DNA of 64,000 bases. Origin: Eledone cirrhosa (Eukaryota). The translations under genes and the position numbers were made by a program. Shown piece after piece: positions 43,584-56,726 of the stretch (positions within the stretch are counted from its first letter, which is position 1; each line of letters opens with the position of its first letter). The notes beneath the pieces were generated by a model. The model ran no database searches, was not told the DNA's origin, and saw nothing but the letters and a program-made list of their open reading frames with translations. The stretch spans positions 340,318,001 to 340,382,000 of the forward strand of contig OZ024743.1 of the NCBI GenBank assembly GCA_964016885.1, in the 5' to 3' direction.

Positions 43584-43592
<9 letters not shown>
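43008..43592 (-). mobile_element. 430-bp partial tandem (~1.35 units), retrozyme-like
   Basis: 43008-43162 is repeated at 43438-43592. Foldback relative at 62175-62545. Confidence 0.85.
43347..43389 (-). ncRNA. Minimal type I hammerhead ribozyme
   Basis: ACGUUG/CAGCGU, CUGACGA, AGCU-AAUA-AGCU, GAAACUAGUA (ACUAGU palindrome). Confidence 0.88.
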
Positions 43593-43669
<77 letters not shown>

Positions 43670-44269
43670 TAACAAATGGAAACTCTATTTATAAAACCAT
43701 ATTTATTTCATTACACATATTTCAAGGACACCAAAGCAAATTATGGTGCGCATTCTTTAAGGGTATGTCAATATTTGTTTATAAAACTGATCTATATTAT
43801 ATTTTATCTGATAAAAGCGCACCATAATTTGCTTTGGTGTTCTTGAAATATGTATAATGAAGTCTATTCTCAGCTAAGTTTCCAGGCAATGCGGGAACAC
43901 AGGGAACTTATACAAAAATAATTCAGTGGATGGAAAAAAATCTGAATTATTTTTGTATAAGTTCCCTGTGTCCCCGCATTGCCTGGAAACTTAGCTGAGA
44001 ATAGACTTCCCTGATGACGATAGGCTTCTCCGTACGTTTCTTCGGAAACTATGTTTATTCCCTTTCAGAAACTAATTAGTTGAAGTGAAATTTTAGTAAG
44101 TAAATTAATTTTTATAATTTTCTTATTTTACGTCTTTCATATTGTTCTGCATCCCCATGCATTGAACCACAAAGTTACTAAGACAAAACCTATATATTTG
44201 CTGGCATATGTATGCATCTGTATATATATGTTAGTCGATATACTAATTCTTTATATATATATATATAAA

Positions 44270-46435
44270 TTAATAAAAACAATGAATAAAAACAAAGAAA
44301 CAGTTCCTTATATTAAAAAATTCATCATTTTACGATCGTTTCTAGGATATATATGTGTGTGTTGGTATGTATATCATATAGATCTATGTAAAATATTTAC
44401 AAACTATCAGAGGGAATATACATACCTACACATATATATGCTGTCTTCAGAAATAATGATATTTGTTTATTGAAAAAAACCCAACAAAGATTTAATATAA
44501 TAGGTCTCTTTGGGAACAGGTTTTGAATTGACCACTAGAAAAGTAGTAAGTGGTCAAGTTGATATAATAGTAGTAGTAGCAATTTAATTTAGGGGTAGAG
44601 GAATGCAGACTTCAGTTTTGAATGGAAATAATATTTTGAATGAACAGATTACTTTGGGGATGAAAAGATGTCAAGCCGGTGAAAGGTACACGAAAATTTA
44701 ATGTTATTAAAGAATAATGCTAATGTTAAAATCGAAGGAGAATAACATTTTAGGATAAATGTGTTAGTGAGAAATACCAATCTTATTTAAAACATAAGGA
44801 ATTTAGATCTATAAAAAGAAATTAAATTAATTTAATTTATAGGTATACTTATAGGGATAAATTTATATTAATTCATATAGATGTGATAAATAAGAGTTAG
44901 ATGTTATTAAAGAATGTTGTTAAAAACGAAGGAAAACATTTTTTTGGGATAAATGTATTAGTGAGAAATAACAAACTTATATAGACTACAAAGAATTTAG
45001 ATTCATAACAGGAAATTAAAATAGTTTATATGTATACTTATAGGTGTTAATTTTAGGAAAAGATAACTGTAAAAGGGAAATAAAATTATGAAGTTCTCAG
45101 TAGTAAAATACTAATTATATGTTAACTAAATCAAAAAAAATTAATTATAATAATTTGTAAAATTAATTAGGTTTATAATATTTGAAAGTTCTTCTAATTC
45201 TATGATTGCACGATATAATTAATTCTTGTCGCTTATTTAATAGGATATCCTTAGATTTCATTATTTCAAAAAGTTCCTGGGAACATAATCTACACTCATA
45301 TCTGTTATTTTGAAAAGGGGTGGCCCTTTTGAGCACACTCCAGGTCAGGTTATAATCGATATTCTTTATTCTATAATTATTTCAGCCAAGGATGTTGTAT
45401 TAGCTAATGCTGCATTTTTAAAACTGTGTTTGTGGGCATTAAATTTTACTTTAAATTGGTTAGAAGTAGCTCCTATATATGAATAAGTTGAGTACTTAGT
45501 GCTAATTTTACATTTATATACTATGTTATTAATAAGGCAATTTCCTTTTAATGGGCAATTTGCTTTGTTTCTACAGTTACAACCTTTCGTGAATATTATA
45601 TCAGGGGAGTTAGTCAAATTAGGTGTGGAATTTTCTCGACTTGTTGTATGTGAAGGAGATGGTGGTTTGCTGTGGTTTATTTTAGTATTATGGTTAGTTT
45701 GATGTTTTGGTGGTATATCCATGTTTTTTTTTTACATTTATATGCATTGTAGGCACTTATATTTTGTTGTATATTTTTGGTAGTGGAGTAGGAGAATTTG
45801 ACCGTTGATCTATTTAAAATTTGATGGTATTTATGGTTTGGCGGGAAGTTTTTCTCTAGGATAGTAAAAGTTTTTAGGGATATTATCTTTAATTTGTAGA
45901 TTAAATGGAGCATTATACCAAGTATCTCGTCTATTACGGTTTCGATGCTGTTTTTTATTTTTATGCGATGTATCCTGATGTTTACTAAGAGAGTTAGTAT
46001 TAGTGAATTTATTATACATATGTTTAGTTAGATTCACTGATTTAGGTGTTTTAGCCTGATTATTAGGAATTTTATTAGTAATGTTATTAACATATATTGC
46101 AGTATTAGGATGAATGGTTTTTTGAAAGTTATTATATTGTATGTGAGAAGAGGTAGAGAAATTAAGTTTTAAGTTGGTATTTTGGGGTATAGTGTGAGAG
46201 GCATTTAGGTGTGTATTTTTCATTTGGTGTTTGTTGGTATTATTGGGTTGTATGTTTGTAGTATTATTGGTACAAGGTATATAGAATAATTTGTTTTTGT
46301 GGCCGCCTCTAGCTAAAGTTTCGTTATAAAAGGTCACATTTTTATCGAATACATCCTGGTTAGATGAAAGGTTAGAAATTCTGAGTGAGATATTATATGC
46401 TATTTTTTTAAGGATAGATCTAGGGTGATTGGATA
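44270..46435 (-). mobile_element. Penelope-like element fragment (RT end, linker, GIY-YIG, 3' UTR, HHR)
   Basis: SNHPRSILK..RISNLSSN, WYNAPF, ILNRSTVKFSYST and CNCRNKANCPLKGNC..VYKC..YIGAT. Several frameshifts. Confidence 0.87.
44322..44459 (-). ncRNA. Type I hammerhead with a very long, microsatellite-like stem II
   Basis: UCAUUAUUU/AAAUGAUGA, CUGAAGA, a ~100-nt stem-loop II, GAAACGAUCGUA. Confidence 0.8.
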
Positions 46436-46542
46436 ATCAGGCTAAAACACCTAAATACATCTTCTCTTTTCATGATATTTGGATTACCTTGAGTTTTACA
46501 TACGGATTGGACACTACCGTATATTTTGGTAGATTCATCTAC

Positions 46543-46573
<31 letters not shown>

Positions 46574-46612
46574 ATATTAACAAATGTAAACTATATTTAT
46601 AAAACCATATTT

Positions 46613-46676
46613 ATTTCATTATACATATTTCAAGGGCCACCAAGGCAGATTATGGTGCGCTTTCATCAGATAAAAT
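46613..46676 (-). ncRNA. Type I hammerhead ribozyme
   Basis: AUUUUAU/AUGAAAU, CUGAUGA, AAGCGCACCA/UGGUGGCCCUU, GAAAUAUGUAUA. Family copy with G8A at 43801-43861(+). Confidence 0.75.
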
Positions 46677-46873
46677 ATAATACAGATTAGTTCTATAAAT
46701 AAATATTGACATACCCTGAAAAATGCAACCTTCACGGTTGGCAACCATTCACGGTTGGCAACCATTCACGGTGTGGCTCAATGACGAATTAATTAAATAA
46801 TTAATAATCAGAGCAATATATAAAAAAGTAAGTCCATATACCCTTTAAATTTTATATATATATATAAATTTAT

Positions 46874-46956
<83 letters not shown>

Positions 46957-47060
46957 CTGCAGTCCAATAAACTGTTGAGTGCTACTTATTCGATATTTGC
47001 ATTGCTTTATTGTTCCACAATAAAACTCACCTCCTACATATATATATATATATATATATA

Positions 47061-47825
47061 TAAATACAATATCGGAGAAAGCTTTTTAGCGATACTCCGG
47101 CCAAATTCCAACTCACTCAACAAACATTAGGAAATAAGTGATTATATTCCCAATTATGTGTTCGGGGTGCTAACTAAAAGTATTGCGTGGAAAATTGGCT
47201 GTATTATTTCAAATGAGACATATCTAATATATCTCTTCCCAGACGGACGTCTCGTTTCATTATAGGACTCCTACAATTTGGGTGAAATTATACCAATTTA
47301 TGTAGGAGATTGTATACCATCAATAGATATACATTCAAGTGGGCTCCTATAATTCATCAGTGGGTGCCCCAATAATACTAATATTGATAATCTAACCAAC
47401 ATCAGCATTTAGCGATAATCATTTTGAGGTATCTGTCAGGTAGCCAGTCCAGCAGTTCTGAAAGAAGTGCTCGAACTGATTCAAAAAATGAGGAAGTGAA
47501 TTACCGCCAAAAAAAAATACAATACATGCGCGTGACAATGAACTCTGAAAGGAATTCAGGCCACGTGCTAAGAACTCAATTGGAAATTGAAAAAATATCT
47601 ATGTGTGTACAACATTTGATGACACACACAGATATTTTCTCGGGCAAAATAACAGAATGAGATATAAGGAACAATCAATATTCATATATAAAAAATAAAA
47701 CAAAGAAATGCTAACCTTATACCGGGAATTTTTTTCAAATCTGCTGCGCCAAGAGTAAGTAAATAAATACAATATCGGAGAAAGCTTTTTAGCGATACTC
47801 CGGCCAAATTCCAACTCACTCAACA

Positions 47826-47826
<1 letters not shown>
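47061..47826 (-). mobile_element. 703-bp partial tandem (~1.1 units), retrozyme-like
   Basis: 47061-47123 is repeated at 47764-47826, with (TA)n on both sides. Confidence 0.8.
47238..47364 (-). ncRNA. Type I hammerhead with a long stem II insert
   Basis: CCCA/UGGG, CUGAUGA, AUUAUAGGA/UCCUAUAAU, GAAACG-AGACGUC-CGUC. Confidence 0.8.
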
Positions 47827-47912
<86 letters not shown>

Positions 47913-48630
47913 AAAAAACTAATGAGGCGGCACTGATAAACATCAACAACGAAGCACACAATATAGTCAAACACCTAGGAATAGATGACAGAACGGAGCC
48001 ACTTAGGCCATGTACCCCCACATTTAAGGTAAATTTTGATTATAACCCCACAATTAGACTTATATGCCCATCCAAATCGGACATCGGGAAAATTAGTAAA
48101 CATATATTAGACAGAGTGATAGCACAAATGAAGAATAAACTAGTGATTAAACTATGGGGTAACAATACGGAAACAATTAAGTGGTTTAACAATATAGCTA
48201 ACAAAAAAGTATCTAAGTTTATACAATTTGACATTAACGACTATTAATCCTCCATATCCCCAACACAAAATTATATTAGCTGCTAGGAAAACAATAATTC
48301 AATTTGAAAACGCCTATTGGGAACATAAGGATAGATTAAATAACTTTGACATCACGATGGGGGCTAACGACTCGGCTCAAGTCACAGATTTAGTAGGTAT
48401 TTACATAGCCCATAGTTTACAGAGTGAGTTTAGCGACCTTCACAGTGGAATCTACAGAGACGACGCCCTTCCCTTAGTTAAGAACCTAAATAACCAGAGC
48501 TTAGAAAGACTCCGTAAGAATATTAGAAAGACTCTCGGGAAACTAGGCCTTATCATAACGTATGAGTATAGCACTAAAACAGTTAACTTTCTGGACGCGA
48601 CGCTTAACCTAAATACGGGACTTATAAGAC

Positions 48631-49105
48631 TGTAGTGACCTACATTCCGCGGGCTCACATACATTCTCTGTGCGTGATTTGGCTCAGCTCAGCCAATCAG
48701 CGCCAGTAGAAGAGGATGTATCCCTACGCGTTCTGAGGGAGAAATAGCCCGCAAAGATTTGAGGACGCTATCACTTGCAGCTGGACCATGCTAAGGTAAA
48801 ACACGCTTGTTCTTTTGCTCCGTAAGCACAAACAATATGTAACGACAAAACATTACCTACGAGCCTGGCCAAACGCCTTCAGCCAGTCGCCCGTATTTTC
48901 TCTTGTAATCTTAATTGATTTGTTTCATTTCTCTTGGCATGCCAGCCTAATTCACTTCTTAACCTTGGTTAATAAACAATGTGAAAACAAGCTAAAGTCG
49001 TTGTCGATATTCCTATCATATCTTTCTACCAAAGATGGTTCCTCGTGGCAATATTACAACTCTCTAAATACTTCTCCGCTAAATTAGTAACAACAACTCT
49101 TACCA
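48631..49105. mobile_element. Probable solo LTR inserted in the Penelope RT
   Basis: 475 bp with TG...CA ends, flanked by TAAGAC/AAAGAC, internal CCAAT and AATAAA. Removing it restores LIRPFHK. Confidence 0.65.
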
Positions 49106-50480
49106 AAAGACCTTTTCACAAGATTAATGAAAATTTAGCATACATCAACTGTAACTCAAACCACCCACTATCCATAATTAAATCCATTCCACGCAGCATA
49201 TCCCTTAGGATCTTCCGCCTCTCGTCTAACCGACACATCTTCGAGGAACATGCAGAATACTACAATACCGCACTAGACAAGGCAGGCCACTTAGATAGAG
49301 TAGAATATATAGATGAAAGCCTCCGCAAAGCGCACACGAACACGCATAACACAAACTCCAGAAACACACACACACACGCATTTACGCATAGAACTATAAA
49401 TAGAAATATACGGTAAATAGAAATACAACATCGAAATCAAACAAGTCACGCAGTAGAAAATATATTTGGTATAACCCCGTATTTAACACCTCTTTTAGTT
49501 CTAACCTACCCTCTACCTTCTTTAGAATAATAAATAAGCACTTTCCAGATTCACATAGATATAGCAAAATCCTTAACACTAAATCTATTAGACTATCTTA
49601 CTCCACGGCACCAAATATGGAGGCACACATTAAGATGCTTAACGCTAAAAAGATACATAACAACACTAGAACACACATTTATAACAATAACAATACAATC
49701 ACCATTGAACACAACAGAATATCTAATACACAACCACCAACTAATAGGCAAACAAAACATACCACACTTGTACAGGCATCGCCAGCCCACCAATAATGCC
49801 AAAGTTGCTCATGACAAGAATTGTAACTGCCACCTACCTGAAACCTGTCCATTACATATTAATGTGTACAGTCTAACCTGGTTTACACAGTAGAACCAGA
49901 CAACCAGAAATGGTATTACATCGGAGCGACTGGGAATACATTTAAAAGCTGTTGGTATACACACCGTTACGCAATGAAGCATTCCCAGCATCGTTATGTA
50001 ACTACCCTTGCAAACAAGACCTGGCAACTGAGGGAAAGTAACCATCAATACACCCTGAAGTGGAAAAAATTATCGAACGCGCCCCATATCGGAGTGGTAT
50101 GAGAAGCTGTCGATTATGTGACCTTGAGCTGTTCCACATTTTGAGTTCGAAGAATAAGTTACTCAACAATAAAATTGAAAGATCAATTTATTGTAACTAT
50201 AGACTCAAAGAAAAGTTTTCGCACTACAAGTGCAAATCGAACCCTTAACCTCTTACTACCAACTGACAAACTGCATATACTTAGACTTTATACCCTCTTA
50301 TTGTGTCTAACCCCTTTAATTACCCACAAAAACCAATTCCTATATCCCTCCCTTCTCCTTAATTCCTTTTCTATTTCTTTTCTTTTCTTCTTTCTCCCCC
50401 CCCTCTTTACTTTTATTTTTATCATTATTATTTTTATCTTTATTTTTTATATATATATTTATCTCTTTATATCTCCCATT

Positions 50481-50572
<92 letters not shown>

Positions 50573-50875
50573 CCTCTCTCTCCATCCCTCCCACTATGAA
50601 CAATTTAATTCTCTTTAACTCACTTCACTCTAAATCGACGACATGAAGTCTACGTATCAAAACTGATCAAGGAATCCTTCTACCTCTACCCCTCCCTCCA
50701 TCTCAGTTTGTCACTCTACTTCCTAACTCTTCTCCCCCTTCCTCTCTCTCTCTATACTATTCCGTTTGTCCCCCCCCACTTTCTAATTCCTCTTCCTCTC
50801 TCTATACTAGTAAATACAATTAAAAAAATGTTTTTCTCTGTATATTAAGAACAAGTTCAAGAGTAACTTACTCAC

Positions 50876-50976
50876 TATTTTGAAAATTTGGACGTGAACA
50901 ACAATTATCATTGAGTGGCTGCTATTTGCAGTATAGCAATATAAGGTTGCACTTACCAATGAAACGGTCGTAAATA
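50876..50976 (+). ncRNA. Type I hammerhead, U3-A8 core, long stem II
   Basis: UAUU/AAUA, UUGAAAA, UUGG/CCAA with an extension, GAAACGGUCGUA. Confidence 0.62.
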
Positions 50977-51154
50977 CCTGGATACAATCCTTCTCTTAAT
51001 GCTTACCTGTGTTTTCTCTTTTATACTTTATACTCCAAGATTGAACGGAATTCTTACAAACTTGTGGAGTTACCCCTAACCGTACGTTGAAACCGCCCAT
51101 GAAACTGGCTTTCTTAACCACGAACTTGATCACAATAAGCAATTTTCTGCTTCC

Positions 51155-51211
<57 letters not shown>

Positions 51212-51288
51212 GGAGGTGAGTTTTATTGTAGAACAATAAAGCAATGCAAATATCGAATAAGTAGCACTCAACAGTTTATTGGACTGCA

Positions 51289-51425
<137 letters not shown>

Positions 51426-51724
51426 TTATTTAATTAATTCGTCATTGAGCCACACTGTGAATGGTTGCCAAAAACATATATATATATATATCTATGGCTT
51501 TGTCTAGTTTATATGTATATATACCCTTTAAATTTTATATACTCCCGTAAGGTTGAGTAAATCTTTAGGCAGTATTCGGCTGCGCTTTCTAGCAACCAGC
51601 CTACTCGCCGACAGGCACCAATCACAAACTTTCTGCCTTGACCACTAGCCACGTTATGATTCTTAGCCATTTTGAATTCGTTTCTGGCGGGGATCATGTA
51701 AGAAAAATCTTTGCCCAATTGAGT

Positions 51725-51808
51725 TATCTCCTGATGATTTCCAACCTCGTTGATTTATCCAAGATCGGATATATCCAAAAATGGAATGAAACCACCGAGG
51801 TAGAGATA
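51725..51808 (+). ncRNA. Type I hammerhead ribozyme
   Basis: UAUCUC/GAGAUA, CUGAUGA, UUCCA/UGGAA, GAAACC-ACCGA-GGUA. Confidence 0.82.
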
Positions 51809-52095
51809 TTTTGATGATTTTGGTAGGTTTATGTACATTTTTTCTTCTAACTTTGATTTTGTACCTAATTATGTATGGTTAACTATATGTCTAGTCAATT
51901 TCTACAGGCTATCAGAAATACTAGGCAAATTTTTTAAATGAGTCGTGGATAAAAAGCTATATCATTTATCTATTGTTTCTTCATAAGTATATTTTAAACT
52001 TATAGCCTCGTTTAAATGATTTTTTGTGTGGTTAATTTATGCTGATTGGGAGAAGAAATAGTGTATATACTTTATCTAATTATTCTATGGACTTA

Positions 52096-52149
<54 letters not shown>

Positions 52150-52230
52150 TTATTCCGGGTTCAATAGGGGGTAACCACAGTAAGTAAGGTACTAAATACA
52201 TAGAAAAGTATAAATATTTAATATAGAAAA

Positions 52231-52279
52231 GCTTCTATAGGACTAGAACTGTTTCCTTCGTGAGAAATCATCAGGAAGC
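52231..52279 (-). ncRNA. Type I hammerhead (family of 33450-33500)
   Basis: GCUUC/GAAGC, CUGAUGA, GAAACAG..CUAUA, followed by a short inverted 3' half at 52279-52311. Confidence 0.72.
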
Positions 52280-52310
52280 AGTTTTAGTCCTGTAGAAGCT
52301 TTTCTATATT

Positions 52311-52365
<55 letters not shown>

Positions 52366-52491
52366 ACACACACACACACACACATACACACACGCATATA
52401 TATATATAAATTTGAGTTTGTGTTGGTTGCTTACCGACACTTCAGTATGAAGTTTAGAGCACTCAACGAAGTGCGCAGATAGGCCTGTTTC

Positions 52492-52838
52492 CAAGAAATG
52501 TAAGTCAACAGGTTAAAATTATCTTCGTTTATTCATATTCACTGTAATATATATATTTCAGTGATAACCATATTCAATAGTCATGACCTCATCAGACCGC
52601 TGGAACTTGAATAGAAAAAAACAGGGAAACATAATGGCGGAATAAAGTTTACCTTGTCAATTCGTTGATATGCCCAGATCCCAAAATAGGTGTTGTTAAT
52701 CCAAAGTATGTTTCCTTGTTTTTTCTGTTCAAGTTCTAGCTACCTCATGAGGTCATAACTGTTGAATTATGGTTATGACCGAAATATATATTGCAGCGAA
52801 TATGGATAAACGAAGTTAACTGTTGACTTACACTTCTT

Positions 52839-52840
<2 letters not shown>
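52492..52840. mobile_element. Diverged foldback with two decayed hammerheads, 52541-52600(-) and 52739-52797(+)
   Basis: Imperfect inverted arms, GGUCAUAAC/GUUAUGACC stem II and GAAAUAUAUAUU. Confidence 0.72.
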
Positions 52841-52880
<40 letters not shown>

Positions 52881-53286
52881 GCTGTGACCCGTCTTTTTAT
52901 ATCCCCTTGCTGCTATCCTCTCTCTCTCCCACTTCTCTCTCTTTCTCCCTCTTACTTTCGCTCACCTCCTCTGCCAGTCACCTCTTGGCTAGCCTCCCAC
53001 TATAACTATCTCTTTCTCGCTTCCTCTTACTTTCACTCACTCCCTCTCTGCTAGTCATACTAGTCGACCACTGTACGCAGCCTCTTTTCTCGCTAACACT
53101 GCTACAGCTAAGACGAGTCTTTTTTCTCTCTCGTCAAAATTCGGCAGTTCTTATGTTCGAAATGATTTGTTGACTTGATATTTTTCCTAATTTCCCTCTC
53201 TTTACGTTGCTTCGCCCTTCGTGTCTGTTTACATGTTTTTCTCGACCCCCCTTTCTTTTATCCCAATAACTTATTTTAGTTATTGT

Positions 53287-53357
53287 TTCGCCCTAGGCTG
53301 AGATATATTGTCTCTAACGCGAAGAAATACCAATGATTCCTAGTAGACAACTGATGA
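53287..53357 (+). ncRNA. Non-circularly permuted hammerhead candidate, diverged homolog
   Basis: UUCGC/GCGAA, CUAGG/CCUAG, UUGUCU/AGACAA, partial stem III, GAA at 53324 and CUGAUGA at 53351. Confidence 0.68.
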
Positions 53358-54206
53358 CGGATACTCCTCTTTTTCGCCCGTAACTTTTATTTTTCATTAT
53401 ATATCTATATATATATATATTGTTATACTTGGGGAGGGTCATATTGTTGTAATAATATTGTCAAAAAATAATAACAGAACATACTCACTGTTTGGCTGGC
53501 TTTCGCTTTTGTATCTTTTATATCTCCATAGTTAATTTATTTGGCAATCAATGTTTATCATTGATTGACCGACGGTTAAAAATACAGATATAAATATATA
53601 AAAATGGCGTAGAGATAACAGTACAATACAATACAATGGGAGGAAGCATAATAGTACCACTGATGATGCTGCAGATGTGCAACGAAAGAACTTTGATAGA
53701 CTATATATATATATATTTAAATCTGTATTTTTAACCGTTGGTTAATCAATGATAATCATTGATTGCCAAATTTAAAAGATACAGAAGCGAAAACTAATCA
53801 AACAGTGAGTGTGTTCTGTTATTATTTCTGACAATATTATTACAACAAAATGACCTTCCCAAGTATAACAATATTTGTTTCGACACACGATTTCATATCA
53901 AAAACCTTGAAAAAGAAATATATCCCACCAACACCCCACTCTCCAGAGCGTGAAATTAATAAACATTTGTTGTACTGCCTCTCTGTTTTGTCCCTGTTCA
54001 AATTTTTCCATTATATATATATATATATATATACTATACACACATTTAGGGTTTGGATTCTTCCTTTGTCAATCATTGATAGTGTCTTGCTTAAAGGAAA
54101 TATAGATAATGAATTATACACACAAATAAATAATTCACAAATATACATAGATACACATATTTGTATACATACGTACATACATACACACGTATATACAAAC
54201 ACACAC

Positions 54207-54306
<100 letters not shown>

Positions 54307-54791
54307 ATATATATATATATATCTATATCTATGTATATATATATATATTTATATATATATATAGGAAAAAGTATGACCCCGACGGCAGAGCTCAAGCCGT
54401 TTCGACGGCTATTTCTGAACTATTTCCGTCCAGAAATAGCCGTCGAAACGGCTTGAGCTCTGCTGTCGGGGGTCATACTTTTTCCTATTTCCCACTCTAC
54501 CACCCTAAATATTGAGTACTCTGGTGCGTTATGGTCCATCTGGTTCCTTGCCACACTTCTTTTGTTATATATATATATATATATATTAGAAAGTGAGGGT
54601 TTTTTTACAAAATGACAAAAAAAAACAAGGTGTCCTACACGAGTGAAAGTATAAGGAAAAAAGATGAAATCCAAAATGCAACTGGAGTCTTTTTTTTTTT
54701 AAATATATTTATTTGGTTCCTTTACCGGTTTCGCAGTTCTTGTGCTTTTCAAAAGTAGAATTGAGATGGAGGGTCTGTGGTTTTTCTCACA

Positions 54792-54829
<38 letters not shown>

Positions 54830-54964
54830 GGAATAAATGCTCTGAAATAGCGATATATATGTGAATATAGACATAGAATATTCGAAAATATTCTGTATGT
54901 TTATAATAAACATTTTGAAGACCTAATCGCTATAGAATAGAATACGTCACGTATTACAATTAGA

Positions 54965-55051
54965 TTCTCGATAAAAGCAAGGGAAGTAATCTACGCGTTT
55001 CATTCTTATTAGAAATCTTCAGGACTACATATCCAGTGCTTTTATCGAGAA
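54965..55051 (-). ncRNA. Type I hammerhead in the 310-bp unit (also 55275-55361, 55585-55671, 55895-55981)
   Basis: GUAGUC/GAUUAC plus a 15-bp distal stem I, CUGAAGA, UUCU-AAUA-AGAA, GAAACGCGUA. Confidence 0.9.
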
Positions 55052-56196
55052 TGACACAGCTAGAGACTTATAGAATACTTAGCTGTGTACAGGAACTGGT
55101 TTGAAAGAGCGGTTGCCGGTCCGGCAGAAATTAGAAATTGGAATAAATGCTCTGAAATAGCGATATATATGTGAATATAGACATAGAATATTCGAAAATA
55201 TTCTGTATGTTTATAATAAACATTTTGAAGACCTAATCGCTATAGAATAGAATACGTCACGTATTACAATTAGATTCTCGATAAAAGCAAGGGAAGTAAT
55301 CTACGCGTTTCATTCTTATTAGAAATCTTCAGGACTACATATCCAGTGCTTTTATCGAGAATGACACAGCTAGAGACTTATAGAATACTTAGCTGTGTAC
55401 AGGAACTGGTTTGAAAGAGCGGTTGCCGGTCCGGCAGAAATTAGAAATTGGAATAAATGCTCTGAAATAGCGATATATATGTGAATATAGACATAGAATA
55501 TTCGAAAATATTCTGTATGTTTATAATAAACATTTTGAAGACCTAATCGCTATAGAATAGAATACGTCACGTATTACAATTAGATTCTCGATAAAAGCAA
55601 GGGAAGTAATCTACGCGTTTCATTCTTATTAGAAATCTTCAGGACTACATATCCAGTGCTTTTATCGAGAATGACACAGCTAGAGACTTATAGAATACTT
55701 AGCTGTGTACAGGAACTGGTTTGAAAGAGCGGTTGCCGGTCCGGCAGAAATTAGAAATTGGAATAAATGCTCTGAAATAGCGATATATATGTGAATATAG
55801 ACATAGAATATTCGAAAATATTCTGTATGTTTATAATAAACATTTTGAAGACCTAATCGCTATAGAATAGAATACGTCACGTATTACAATTAGATTCTCG
55901 ATAAAAGCAAGGGAAGTAATCTACGCGTTTCATTCTTATTAGAAATCTTCAGGACTACATATCCAGTGCTTTTATCGAGAATGACACAGCTAGAGACTTA
56001 TAGAATACTTAGCTGTGTACAGGAACTGGTTTGAAAGAGCGGTTGCCGGTCCGGCAGAAATTAGAAATTGGAATAAATGCTCTGAAATAGCGATATATAT
56101 GTGAATATAGACATAGAATATTCGAAAATATTCTGTATGTTTATAATAAACATTTTGACTACATATCCAGTGCTTTTATCGAGAAGCACTGGATAT

Positions 56197-56239
56197 GTAG
56201 TCCTGAAGATTTCTAATAAGAATGAAACGCGTAGATTAC
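56197..56239 (+). ncRNA. Type I hammerhead in the inverted arm (second copy at 56507-56549)
   Basis: Same motif, cut after A56233. The second copy has ACGUGU in place of ACGCGU. Confidence 0.9.
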
Positions 56240-56669
56240 TTCCCTTGCTTTTATCGAGAATCTAATTGTAATACGTGACGTATTCTATTCTATAGCGATT
56301 AGGTCTTAAAAATGTTTATTATAAACATACAGAATATTTTCGAATATTCTATGTCTATATTCACATATATATCGCTATTTCAGAGCATTTATTCCAATTT
56401 CTAATTTCTGCCGGACCGGCAACCGCTCTTTCAAACCAGTTCCTGTACACAGCTAAGTATTCTATAAGTCTCTAGCTGTGTCATTCTCGATAAAAGCACT
56501 GGATATGTAGTCCTGAAGATTTCTAATAAGAATGAAACGTGTAGATTACTTCCCTTGCTTTTATCGAGAATCTAATTGTAATACGTGACGTATTCTATTC
56601 TATAGCGATTAGGTCTTCAAAATGTTTATTATAAACATACAGAATATTTTCGAATATTCTATGTCTATA

Positions 56670-56726
<57 letters not shown>

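Larger units (their letters stand above)
47910..51160 (+). mobile_element. Penelope-like element, decayed (RT, GIY-YIG, 3' UTR with HHR)
   Basis: RLICPSKSDIG, FDI, MGANDSAQVTDLVG, YRDD, VNFLD, SNHP..I..SI, WYNP, CNC..CPL, YIG and CRLC..E. Many frameshifts. Confidence 0.9.
54828..56673. mobile_element. 310-bp retrozyme-like tandem array: 4.3 units on - then 1.6 inverted units on +
   Basis: Units start at 54828, 55138, 55448, 55758 and 56068. Inversion at ~56157-56185. (TA)n on both flanks. Confidence 0.93.

Noticed and set aside
54828-56158. CRISPR array interpretation of the tandem repeat
   Set aside because: The units are identical 310-mers with no unique spacers and no cas genes, in a eukaryotic context.
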